A stretch of DNA of 26,045 bases, from positions 1 through 26,045 of the forward strand of contig JAITSR010000279.1 of NCBI GenBank assembly GCA_031287655.1, read 5' to 3'. This DNA is from Clostridiales bacterium. GTDB lineage: Bacteria > Bacillota > Clostridia > WRLR01. A model generated the notes under the pieces. The model had not been told where the DNA came from. It worked only from the letters and a program-made list of their open reading frames with translations, and searched no databases. Below are positions 1-7,554 of this stretch, in pieces. The position numbers and the translations under genes were made by a program. Position 1 is the stretch's first letter, and the number at the start of each line of letters is the position of its first letter.

Positions 1-135
1 GGCTGCTGCGTCGGAAGCCATATACATAGCATCTGGCAAGTCGTCGCCAAAAGTAGCGAGGTTTAAGTCGGGAATTTCAACAGAATAACGGCCATCCGCT
101 TCCTTGTAAAAACATGCGGGGTAAGCATATTTCAT
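1..135 (-). CDS. hicB: HicB-family antitoxin, N-terminal 45 aa (runs off window edge)
   Basis: Hand translation from ATG at 135: MKYAYPACFYKEADGRYSVEIPDLNLATFGDDLPDAMYMASDAAA, the typical HicB N-terminus (YPAxF...YxVxxPDL...T.GD...A..MA.DA); directly downstream of hicA; GGAAGGGTGA SD-like sequence upstream. Confidence 0.85.
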   Translation of the reverse strand, partial: MKYAYPACFYKEADGRYSVEIPDLNLATFGDDLPDAMYMASDAAA

Positions 136-181
136 GATTCATTCACCCTTCCTCTACAGTATTCCGCAAGCAGTTATGGTA

Positions 182-364
182 TTATTTTAGCCCCGCCTGC
201 CGCTTGATTGAACTTACTACACGTTTAGGGAGATCGCCGGTGTGATAGGGTATCGTAACTTTTCCGAGTTTTGTACTGTGCTTGTAGTGGCAATGGGAGC
301 CTTCAATGCTTTCAAGTACCCAACCATCATTCCGCACCATCTTTTCCGCTTCTCTAAATGTCAC
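182..364 (-). CDS. hicA: HicA-family mRNA interferase toxin
   Basis: 60 aa, GW...GSHxHYKH...GKVTIPYH.GDL...IKRQAGL signature; GTG start with GAGGAGG SD. Confidence 0.92.
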   Translation of the reverse strand: MTFREAEKMVRNDGWVLESIEGSHCHYKHSTKLGKVTIPYHTGDLPKRVVSSIKRQAGLK

Positions 365-385
365 GCCGTGACCTCCTCTCTATAT

Positions 386-416
386 ATTATACTAACATGT
401 GTAACAAATATTGCAA
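386..416 (-). promoter_or_regulatory. Possible sigma-A promoter of hicAB
   Basis: Minus strand TTGCAA (411-416) followed by TG-T-TAGTAT/TATAAT (386-394); spacing 16 or 19 depending on the -10 chosen, so imperfect. Confidence 0.4.
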
Positions 417-482
417 ATAGGCATCAGCACAACAGCGCAAAAAAAATTTGGATTGACAAAAAGCAAAAAAGTGGCATACGTT

Positions 483-1217
483 TTACGCCCACGCAGCCGG
501 AGGGGCGGAGCGGAGCGCCGCGATCAGGGCCGCCGCGCTCCGCTCGGGCAGGCTCAGGCTGTGCCGCCGTTCCGGAATGTCCGTGAGTGTGTGCGCGTCG
601 GAATCAAAGAGAATCCTCTTGCGCGCAAGGCATGGGTTATTCCGCACGAGGTTCGGCAGCGCGTCCGGGTTTTTTATTTCATAGCATGTGAAAACATATT
701 CGTCGGGAATAAAGCCGAGGTTCGCGATCAGACCGTTCGCGGGCCTGTCGATATGCGCGGGGATCGCGATGCCGCCATATTCCGCGACGACGGCGGGCAG
801 TTCCTCGATCCCGATGTCGCATGCCGAGATCAGAAGTTTTTTTTCCTCCGCGCGCACCGCGTCGTCCTCGCCCAGAATCAACTGCCTCCCAAAGATGTCC
901 GCGCGATTTTCGATGTCCGGGAGCAGCGGATAAAGAAAGCCGTCAAACGCCGCCGCCTCGCCGAGTCCCGGGAAAAGGCACAGGACATGCACCTCCTCCC
1001 GCGTACACAACTCGACGCCCGCGACCGGAGTCAGACCCGCCTCGCGGCAAGCCGCAAAGAAAGCCGGACAGTTTTTCGCGGAGTTGTGGTCGGTCAGCGC
1101 GACGATGTCAAGGCCGCAGAGCATCGCCATGTTCGCGATGTTGTATACTGTCATGTCGTCGTCCGCGCAGGGGGAGAGGCAGGAGTGCGTGTGGAGGTCG
1201 TAATAGAGCTCCATCAC
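483..1217 (-). CDS. PHP-domain phosphoesterase
   Basis: DLHTHS, ALTDHNS, GVE, PAHIDR and DSDAH metal-binding motifs of the PHP family; overlaps stop of upstream DRTGG gene (GTGA). Confidence 0.9.
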   Translation of the reverse strand: MMELYYDLHTHSCLSPCADDDMTVYNIANMAMLCGLDIVALTDHNSAKNCPAFFAACREAGLTPVAGVELCTREEVHVLCLFPGLGEAAAFDGFLYPLLPDIENRADIFGRQLILGEDDAVRAEEKKLLISACDIGIEELPAVVAEYGGIAIPAHIDRPANGLIANLGFIPDEYVFTCYEIKNPDALPNLVRNNPCLARKRILFDSDAHTLTDIPERRHSLSLPERSAAALIAALRSAPPAAWA

Positions 1218-1549
1218 AGCAGTCCGTCGACGAGTTTTGCGGTCTCAAAGACCGGCGCCGCGCTCCGCAGCAGGATCACGCCTTGCTCGTCCGCCTTGTC
1301 GAGCGCGCGGTCCTCGACGTCCGCGCCGTCCGCGACGATCACGCAGGCCGTGTCCGCGAGGGCGCTCACGGCGACGACGTTCAGGTTGCCCATCACCGTG
1401 ACCCAAGCGGAGCCCGCGGGGGCCTTGCCCATCACGACGCTCAGAAGGTCGCAGCAGTATACCGAGCTGATTTCGCGGTCGGCGTCCGGTTCACGCCGGT
1501 TCAAAAGCGTAAATCCGCCGCGTTCGCGGAGTTGTTTTACAGTGAGCAT
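1214..1549 (-). CDS. DRTGG-domain protein (HPr-kinase N-terminal-like)
   Basis: YCCDLLSVVM...AWVTVMGNLNVVAVSAL.D..CVIV pattern of hydrogenase-cluster DRTGG proteins; start moved from ORF track 1612 to ATG 1549 (AAAGGA SD). Confidence 0.8.
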   Translation of the reverse strand: MLTVKQLRERGGFTLLNRREPDADREISSVYCCDLLSVVMGKAPAGSAWVTVMGNLNVVAVSALADTACVIVADGADVEDRALDKADEQGVILLRSAAPVFETAKLVDGLL

Positions 1550-1655
1550 ATGTATGACCATTCCTTTCTGCGAAGGGCGCAAAACCGAATAAACTCTTAT
1601 TGTACCTTTCACCTATACCTCATGACGGAATGGTCATGAGGGAGTGATGAACTGT

Positions 1656-3002
1656 TCAGCACTGTCCCGGCTCCGGCTCGTCCGGCGCGCGGAACGGCGG
1701 CGGGATAAAGCCCTCGAGCCGGTTCATGTCGGACACGAGGCCGCGCACATAGTCGCGCAGCTTGAAGATGCAGTCGGATTCCTTCGCGCCGCCGCGCACG
1801 ACGTCCTCCGCGAGCGTCGCGCAGGTTGGCGCGCCGCAGGAGCCGCAGTCGAGTCCCGGCAGCCCGTCGAGGATTTCCTTTAGGCGCTGCATTTTTTCGA
1901 GCGCTTCGGAGTAGTCGCTCGAGAGCTTTAGCACGGGGTCGAACCGCACGGGCGTCTCCCACCCGATCTTTCCGCGCTCCGCCTCCGTAAAATGGTTCAG
2001 GGAGATCGGCATGAAGCGCCGCAGCTTTTTGATCCGCGTATTCGCGACATAGGGGTTCTCGACCGTCAGAATCCCGCCGACGCAGCCGGCCACGCACGCG
2101 TTCAGTTCAATGAAGTCCAATTCGAGCAGGCGCTCGTCCTCCAAGTCCTCGAGCACCTTAATCACATTTTCGATGCCGTCGGCCGCGAGGTAGTTTTCGC
2201 TCAAAAGCGCGGTCGACTCGCCGCCGCTCCCGCACCAGCTGATCCCCATCCGGCCCGCGCCCTGCACCTCCGGAATGTCCTCGTCGCCGGTCAGCGCGAT
2301 CGTTTTCATAAAGCTCAGAAGATGCGGGTAAATATCCTTGATCGCAAAGACCGCGTCGACCTCGCTGCGTTCGGTACTGAGCGGGTTCCGCGTCGCCGTG
2401 ACCTTCGCGGCGCAGGGCGAGATGAAGATAATGCCGATTTCCTCGCGCGAGAGGTCGGGGCGCGCCGCCTGCACCCGCGCGAGCGCCATCCGGGCCGCGA
2501 GCTCAATCGGCGCGTTCAGCGGCAGCAGATGGCTCAAAAGCTCGGGGAAGCGCACGCGGATCAGACGCACAACCGCGGGACACGCCGAGCTGATCAGCGG
2601 ATGCGGCAGCGCCTTGTCTTCCTCCATGATCGTGCGCGTGCGGTCGGAGACGATCTCCGCCGCCTTTGCGACTTCAAAGACGTCGTCAAAGCCGAACGAC
2701 AGAAGCGCGTTCAGCACAATGTCGATATTGTCGAGATAGTTGAACTGGCCGTAGAGCGCGGGGGCGGGCAGGGCGACCTTGTATTTATACTTGTCGAGCG
2801 TCGACAGAGGGTCATAGATCGGCAGCTTCGCGTGGTTCCGGCACACGCGGATGCACTCGCCGCAGTCGATGCAGCGCTCGTCTATGATCGAGGCCTTGCC
2901 GTTGCGGACGCGGATCGCCTGCGTCGGACACCGCTTGATGCAGTTGATACAGCCCTTGCACTTCTCGCTGTCGAGCGTTACGGAATGTAAATTTTTACTC
3001 AT
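1656..3002 (-). CDS. [FeFe]-hydrogenase-like Fe-S protein (group D / putative sensory type)
   Basis: N-terminal CxxCxxCxxxC x2 (CKGCINCIKRCP, CIDCGECIRVC); H-domain motifs SSACP, ISPCAAK, ELNACVAGCVGG; C-terminal LPGLDCGSCGAPTC...C Fe-S domain. Confidence 0.85.
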   Translation of the reverse strand: MSKNLHSVTLDSEKCKGCINCIKRCPTQAIRVRNGKASIIDERCIDCGECIRVCRNHAKLPIYDPLSTLDKYKYKVALPAPALYGQFNYLDNIDIVLNALLSFGFDDVFEVAKAAEIVSDRTRTIMEEDKALPHPLISSACPAVVRLIRVRFPELLSHLLPLNAPIELAARMALARVQAARPDLSREEIGIIFISPCAAKVTATRNPLSTERSEVDAVFAIKDIYPHLLSFMKTIALTGDEDIPEVQGAGRMGISWCGSGGESTALLSENYLAADGIENVIKVLEDLEDERLLELDFIELNACVAGCVGGILTVENPYVANTRIKKLRRFMPISLNHFTEAERGKIGWETPVRFDPVLKLSSDYSEALEKMQRLKEILDGLPGLDCGSCGAPTCATLAEDVVRGGAKESDCIFKLRDYVRGLVSDMNRLEGFIPPPFRAPDEPEPGQC

Positions 3003-3011
3003 ATGGATGGC

Positions 3012-3443
3012 TCACTCCTCGCCGAGCGCGATCTTCATATAGACCGTCGTGCCGACGCCGGGCGTCGAGTCGATTTTCATGTAGTCCGAGTGCTTTCGCA
3101 TGTTCGGGAGCCCCATCCCCGCGCCGAAGCCCATCGAACGGACGCTCTCGGACGCCGTCGAATAGCCTTCCTTCATCGCAAGGTCGATCTCGGAGATGCC
3201 GGGTCCCGTGTCCTTTAAAATCAGAGAGACGCAGGCGGAATCGATTTCGACGTCGATCGTGCCGCCGTTCGCGTGGATTACCATGTTGATCTCGCCCTCG
3301 TACATCGCGATTGAGACGCGCCGAATGATCGAGGACGAGAGGCCGAGCTGCCGCAAAACCTGCTTTAACTGCGCGGAAGCCTCGCCGGCGCGGGTGTAGT
3401 CCTCTCCGGAAATGTCATAGTGCAGCTTTAAATTTTTTGGCAT
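3012..3443 (-). CDS. Anti-sigma-factor-type Ser/Thr kinase (RsbT/RsbW-like, HATPase_c)
   Basis: YEGEINMVIHA (N box), DTGPGI (G1), GFGAGMGL (G2), GTTV (G3); start moved to ATG 3443 with GGGAGG SD, overlapping upstream gene. Confidence 0.88.
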   Translation of the reverse strand: MPKNLKLHYDISGEDYTRAGEASAQLKQVLRQLGLSSSIIRRVSIAMYEGEINMVIHANGGTIDVEIDSACVSLILKDTGPGISEIDLAMKEGYSTASESVRSMGFGAGMGLPNMRKHSDYMKIDSTPGVGTTVYMKIALGEE

Positions 3444-3795
3444 TTGCCCTCCCGCCGCCGCCGCGCAGCCCGCTCTCATACAAAAGCCCGCAGGCGGTAA
3501 ACATCGAATATTCCGTCTGGAGTACGACGACGGAACGGTCCCGCGCAAGGTCAATCATCCCGCTGTCCGCGGTTTTCCCGCGCACGAGCACGATGCAGAC
3601 GATATCCATCATTTCAGCGGTACGCACCGCTTGGGCGTTGGTCAGGCCGGTGACCAGCACGGACTGGTCCTTAACGAAAGCGAGGACGTCGCTCATCAAA
3701 TCGCTGCCGCAAGCGGAGTGGACGTCCCTGTCGAGCAAATCCTCCCCGCTGATCACTTTCGCGTCCAGCACCTTTACAATTTCCGCAACAGTCAT
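3415..3795 (-). CDS. DRTGG-domain protein
   Basis: ACGSDLMSDVLAF...VLVTGLTNAQAVRTAEMMD...IVLVRGK...MFTACG.LYE.GL pattern; first gene of cassette. Confidence 0.85.
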   Translation of the reverse strand: MTVAEIVKVLDAKVISGEDLLDRDVHSACGSDLMSDVLAFVKDQSVLVTGLTNAQAVRTAEMMDIVCIVLVRGKTADSGMIDLARDRSVVVLQTEYSMFTACGLLYESGLRGGGGRANAKKFKAAL

Positions 3796-3857
3796 TTGGT
3801 AGAATGCCCCCTTGGTTTTTTTGCACGAACTAAAGCTGTATATTTGCGCATAAATAA

Positions 3858-3886
3858 ATTATAGCGGCTTTTTGTACAGGTTGCAA
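3858..3886 (-). promoter_or_regulatory. Sigma-A promoter of the DRTGG/kinase/hydrogenase cassette
   Basis: Minus strand TTGCAA (3881-3886) - 17 nt - TATAAT (3858-3863), about 60 bp upstream of start 3795. Confidence 0.7.
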
Positions 3887-3889
3887 GTT

Positions 3890-3917
3890 ATGTGTCAGCT
3901 CGAATGTGTCAGCTCGA
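3890..3917. repeat. 14-bp tandem direct repeat ATGTGTCAGCTCGA x2
   Basis: Exact copies at 3890-3903 and 3904-3917, spanning the stop of the last DUF3791-like gene. Confidence 0.9.
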
Positions 3918-4148
3918 ACGGCCGTTCGCCTCTGCGGCCGCCGCTTTTGCCGTCTCCAACCGCAATTCTTCCGCGAGATAGCCGTCGCTTCGGCAGTGCA
4001 TATCGGAAATGCCATCGCGAATTTCGGTATACAAAATCGATTTGTAGAAGACATCAAACGCCTCGCGGAGGGAGATGTCCGCAAGCTCGGCATACGCCTT
4101 GACGACATCGCTGCATTTGTGGCCGACGAGCGTACGATTGGCAATCAT
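3909..4148 (-). CDS. Small DUF3791-like protein
   Basis: 79 aa, A...FYKS.LY..IR.GISDMHCRSD.YL.EEL pattern; GGAGG SD; ATGA overlap with DUF3990 gene. Confidence 0.7.
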   Translation of the reverse strand: MIANRTLVGHKCSDVVKAYAELADISLREAFDVFYKSILYTEIRDGISDMHCRSDGYLAEELRLETAKAAAAEANGRSS

Positions 4149-4636
4149 TTTATTTCCTCCGAACCTATAAACCTGAGATATTCGTCAATGATGGACTGGC
4201 GCTTTATACAATACTGATAATTCGGTTTGTTGTACCGAAGCCGCCCGATCGCTTCCTCAGCTCCGATCAGTTTATCAAAATATAATTGAAGCGTGTCAAA
4301 TACCTTGTCATTGGCGACGCCGCCGATTACCAAATCCCATTTCTCATCAATTGGTTTGCCCAATCTGCAAGCTGTGATAAAATCCAACCACGCTAAATTA
4401 TGCGTGTCAAATTCGAGAACTTTCACATCGGGCGGCAGCCTTTCATCGGGTCTCTGCAGAAACGCATACGAGGATACGACGGCCGCGCCGCGCTCGCGAA
4501 GAAAACGCTGCGACCAACTCACGGCTTGCGCTTTTAGCGGCGTGAGGTAGAAGCCTTTTCCAAAATCCGTTCGGGAGCGCGACATTGACAAGTTCGGTTT
4601 TTCAATTGGGATATAGGAGCCGTGATACAATATCAT
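4145..4636 (-). CDS. DUF3990-family protein (predicted ADP-ribosyltransferase-like fold)
   Basis: MILYHGS...DFGKGFYLT...QA..W...WLDFI..CR...D.VIG.VAND...Q pattern characteristic of DUF3990. Confidence 0.8.
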   Translation of the reverse strand: MILYHGSYIPIEKPNLSMSRSRTDFGKGFYLTPLKAQAVSWSQRFLRERGAAVVSSYAFLQRPDERLPPDVKVLEFDTHNLAWLDFITACRLGKPIDEKWDLVIGGVANDKVFDTLQLYFDKLIGAEEAIGRLRYNKPNYQYCIKRQSIIDEYLRFIGSEEIK

Positions 4637-4869
4637 TGCAGAAGCCCCCTCTTTTCCATGAGTTCTTTTAGCGTGTCAACAATATATCCTTTCCCCTGCG
4701 TATGAAGGGCTTCATAGCAAGGCAGGATATAGCCGTCAAGAATGTCGCTTTCATCCGTGAGCGTTTTATAGATTTTTTCACCGGGGACCCCCAGTTCGTC
4801 CGCCAATGATTCAATGCAAAACACGGCGAAAAATGATTGCTCCGGGGTCATTGATCCTTGTTTGTCCAT
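4633..4869 (-). CDS. DUF3791-family protein
   Basis: FAVFCIESLA...IY..L...ILD.YI.PCYEALHTQGK.YIVD pattern; start moved to ATG 4869 (GGGGAGG SD); ATGA overlap with DUF3990 gene. Confidence 0.78.
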   Translation of the reverse strand: MDKQGSMTPEQSFFAVFCIESLADELGVPGEKIYKTLTDESDILDGYILPCYEALHTQGKGYIVDTLKELMEKRGLLQ

Positions 4870-4898
4870 TACTTTATACGCCTCCCCATGCCCAAAAA

Positions 4899-4934
4899 GA
4901 GCGTATTCGGCAAATACATCACACGAATACACTC
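4899..4934. repeat. 36-bp inverted repeat, copy 1
   Basis: GAGCGTATTCG-N14-CGAATACACTC. Confidence 0.9.
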
Positions 4935-4940
4935 TCATTT

Positions 4941-4969
4941 AGTATAGCACGGGCGGTGCGCCAAAACAA
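4941..4969 (-). promoter_or_regulatory. Probable promoter of the DUF3791-DUF3990-DUF3791 triad
   Basis: Minus strand TTGTTT (4964-4969) - 17 nt - TATACT (4941-4946) with TG extended -10. Confidence 0.55.
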
Positions 4970-4972
4970 TTA

Positions 4973-5129
4973 CAATGCTTTATGTCGCTCGCAGTCCGCT
5001 CGCTCCTCGGAGGGCACCCTATGGTTCCCTCCGATTCCTCCCTCCTTAATGCGAACAAAGGGCTGCGCCCCTTGTCAATCCCCGGCGGCTTCCCCGCCGT
5101 CGCTCGCAGTCCGCTCGCAATGCTTTATG
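4973..5129. mobile_element. REP/MITE-like hairpin cassette with terminal direct repeats and putative 12-bp target duplication
   Basis: CAATGCTTTATG at 4973-4984 and 5118-5129; GTCGCTCGCAGTCCGCTCGC at 4984-5003 and 5099-5118; three internal hairpins. Confidence 0.55.
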
Positions 5130-5135
5130 CCAATT

Positions 5136-6452
5136 TTACGCGAGATCTTTTTTCTCGGTTTTCATCAGCGATTCCATATAGGCGATATATGTGTCTTTTG
5201 TAAAAGGCGCCTTATAGTTCTCCACCGCTTCGCGCGCCTGCGCGGCGCCGTCTTTGAGCAGCTCGTAGGCGCCGAGCGCGAATATTTTGGCCGTGAGAAT
5301 ATACGCCTCGTCTTCATCGGTCACCTCAAACTCCGGCGAGTGGAAAGCGCCCCGCACGCCGCCCGTGTGGAATGTGAGCGTCGGTAAAATATGCTGCACG
5401 TCGCCTACGTCCGTGGAACCGGCCCCGTGCGCGCCGGAGGACAGCTTAAACTCCCTGCCCGGCGCGGCGAGCTCGACGGCGGTGATCAAAGCGGGGTGGG
5501 CCGCCGCGGGTATCTGCGGCAGGTAGCCGGGCATCGTCGTAATCTCATAGCCCGCGCCGAGGGCGTCCGCTCCGGCTTTAAACGAGCGGTCTGTCTTTTC
5601 GTTCGCGTCGAGTATCGCCTCGGTATTTTTGGCGCGCACAAGCGCTTCGAGAACCGCCTCGTCCGGGACGACGTTGACCAAATCCCCGCCCTTCGTAAGA
5701 ATCGGGTGAACGCGCACGGAGTCCTCGTCGCGGAAGGTCTCACGCTGATACTGCAAGGCCGTATGCCCGAGCGCGGCCGCGTTCAGCGCGTTGATACCCA
5801 AGTGGGGCCTTGCCGCCGCGTGGGCCGCGCGTCCGATGATGCGAATGACCTTGGAGACGAATCCGTTCGAGCTGCCGTTGCCGACGCCGAGGCCCTCGCC
5901 GCTGTGGTGCGCGAGACTCAAATCCACGTCGTCGAACGCGCCGATGCGGATCAGCTCGCATTTGCCGCCGCCGTAGCGTATTTTGCCTTCCGCCTTGAGC
6001 TGATTTTTAAACTCAATCTCGCCGTATTCCTCCGCGGGGACGGCAAAGAATATGACGTTCCCGTCTAAGGCCGCGGATACTTCAGGATCCGCGAGCGCAA
6101 AGGCCGCGCCCGCGACGCCCGCCAGCTGCGCGTGGTGGCCGCAGCAATGGGCGGCCTGCGTTTCCGGATTGGCGAATTTATGCGTCGGGATGCGCAGCGC
6201 GTCCAGCTCGCCGATCAGCGCCACGGTCGGGCCGGCCGCTTCCTTTTTTAAATAGCCTTTGACCCCGGTGACCGCCAAATGCTCCTTTATAACGGGCAAA
6301 TTCCGGGATTTCAGCGCCTCCGCGAACTTTTTTGCCGTGCGTGTCTCCTTGTACCCCAGCTCGGCGTGGGTGTAAATATCGCGGGCGAAGGCGATGATTT
6401 CCTCCCTGTGTTCGTCTATTCTTTCAACAATTCTTTTTTGCGTTGCGTCCAT
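5136..6452 (-). CDS. M20-family amidohydrolase
   Basis: AELGYKE.RTA, GELDAL, HCCGHHAQ, PAEE, HH, G.AAHA, GSTDVGDV, FHS motifs; GGAGG SD. Confidence 0.9.
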   Translation of the reverse strand: MDATQKRIVERIDEHREEIIAFARDIYTHAELGYKETRTAKKFAEALKSRNLPVIKEHLAVTGVKGYLKKEAAGPTVALIGELDALRIPTHKFANPETQAAHCCGHHAQLAGVAGAAFALADPEVSAALDGNVIFFAVPAEEYGEIEFKNQLKAEGKIRYGGGKCELIRIGAFDDVDLSLAHHSGEGLGVGNGSSNGFVSKVIRIIGRAAHAAARPHLGINALNAAALGHTALQYQRETFRDEDSVRVHPILTKGGDLVNVVPDEAVLEALVRAKNTEAILDANEKTDRSFKAGADALGAGYEITTMPGYLPQIPAAAHPALITAVELAAPGREFKLSSGAHGAGSTDVGDVQHILPTLTFHTGGVRGAFHSPEFEVTDEDEAYILTAKIFALGAYELLKDGAAQAREAVENYKAPFTKDTYIAYMESLMKTEKKDLA

Positions 6453-6508
6453 GATTTCCTCCGTTTTGATGTTTTTTTGCGCTGCTAAAATAGGATACCG
6501 GATATTTT

Positions 6509-7489
6509 TTAGGCATGATGGCAGGCGACCCAGTGGTCGCTTCCGGGCGACAGCGGTTTTAATTCGGGCTCAACCTCCGAACATAAACCGGACGCCCTCT
6601 TGGGGCACCTCGGGTTAAAACGGCAGCCGCGGGGCAGGTTCACGGGACTCGGGACGTCGCCGCTCAGCATGACGCGCCGCCGCTGGCGGTCGAGTCTCGG
6701 ATTGGGTATGGGCACCGCGGAGAGCAGCGCGAGCGTATAGGGATGCAGCGGGTTTGAATAGAGCTCGTCCGAGCGTGTGATCTCAACGATTTTGCCCAGA
6801 TACATCACCGCCACGCGGTCGCTGATGTGGCGGACGACGGACAGGTCGTGGGCGATAAACAGGTAGGTCAGCCCGAGCTCCTCCCGGAGCCCTTCCAGCA
6901 AGGCGATGATCTGCGCCTGAACGGAAACGTCAAGCGCCGAGACCGGCTCGTCGCAGACGATGAACTTCGGGCGCAGAGCCAAAGCCCGCGCAATGCCGAT
7001 GCGCTGCCTCTGACCGCCGCTAAATTCGTGCGGGTAGCGGCCGGCCATGTTGGGGTCCAGCTCAACCATGCGAAAGAGCTCCGCGATCTCGTCCTTGCGC
7101 TCAGGCTCGCCATGCGCCCGGAACGGCTCGCCGATGATTTTGCCGACGGTCATCCGCGGGTCCAGAGAGGCCATCGGGTCCTGAAAAATCATTTGCATTT
7201 CACGGCGCGCGCGCCGCGCCTGCTCGGCGCCGAGCTTCGTCAGGTCAGTCCCCTCAAAGGACACGGTTCCCTTTATGTTGTCGTAAAGCCGGAGCACGCA
7301 GCGCCCGGTCGTCGTCTTGCCGCACCCACTCTCTCCGACGATGCCCAAGGTTTCGCCTTTCATAATATGAAAGGATATGCCGTCTACGGCGCGCAAGTCG
7401 GCGGTTTTCCGCCGAAAAGCGCCGCCGCCCGACGCAATCGGGAAAAATTTGGACATATTTTCAACGTCGAGTATACGCTCATTTTCCAA
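6509..7489 (-). CDS. Oligopeptide/dipeptide-type ABC transporter ATP-binding protein (OppF/DppF-like)
   Basis: GESGCGKTT Walker [23 protein letters not shown]-terminal C..C..C; start moved to TTG 7489 (GGGGG SD); ORF track 7825 is an upstream extension. Confidence 0.92.
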   Translation of the reverse strand: MENERILDVENMSKFFPIASGGGAFRRKTADLRAVDGISFHIMKGETLGIVGESGCGKTTTGRCVLRLYDNIKGTVSFEGTDLTKLGAEQARRARREMQMIFQDPMASLDPRMTVGKIIGEPFRAHGEPERKDEIAELFRMVELDPNMAGRYPHEFSGGQRQRIGIARALALRPKFIVCDEPVSALDVSVQAQIIALLEGLREELGLTYLFIAHDLSVVRHISDRVAVMYLGKIVEITRSDELYSNPLHPYTLALLSAVPIPNPRLDRQRRRVMLSGDVPSPVNLPRGCRFNPRCPKRASGLCSEVEPELKPLSPGSDHWVACHHA

Positions 7490-7554
7490 GTGACAACCCC
7501 CGATATAACAAATGTTGGTGCGACCAATGTTGGTAATGTTGGTATAACCAATGT

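Noticed and set aside
453-481. Perfect TTGACA on plus strand pointing into the PHP gene
   Set aside because: No acceptable -10 at 16-18 bp (ATACGT/CATACG).
411-3218. Long plus-strand ORFs (411-1592, 821-1639, 1992-2990 and similar shadow ORFs throughout)
   Set aside because: Antisense or alternate frames of well-supported genes; Arg/Ala/Pro-rich, no family motifs; expected in high-GC DNA.
3796-3890. Rex operator expected upstream of a hydrogenase-associated cassette
   Set aside because: No TTGTTAA-N4-TTAACAA-like palindrome found.
3934-3941. NotI site avoidance as a clue to R-M specificity
   Set aside because: GCGGCCGC is present at 3934-3941 and 13572-13579; the window is too small and sites would be methylated anyway.
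4899-4934. 36-bp inverted repeats as CRISPR repeats or integron attC sites
   Set aside because: Copies are kilobases apart, the middle is variable rather than the flanks, no cas or integrase gene, and no RYYYAAC/GTTRRRY ends.
7511-7554. AATGTTGGT x3 microrepeat between the two ATPase genes
   Set aside because: Real but short; most simply slippage, with no link to other motifs.
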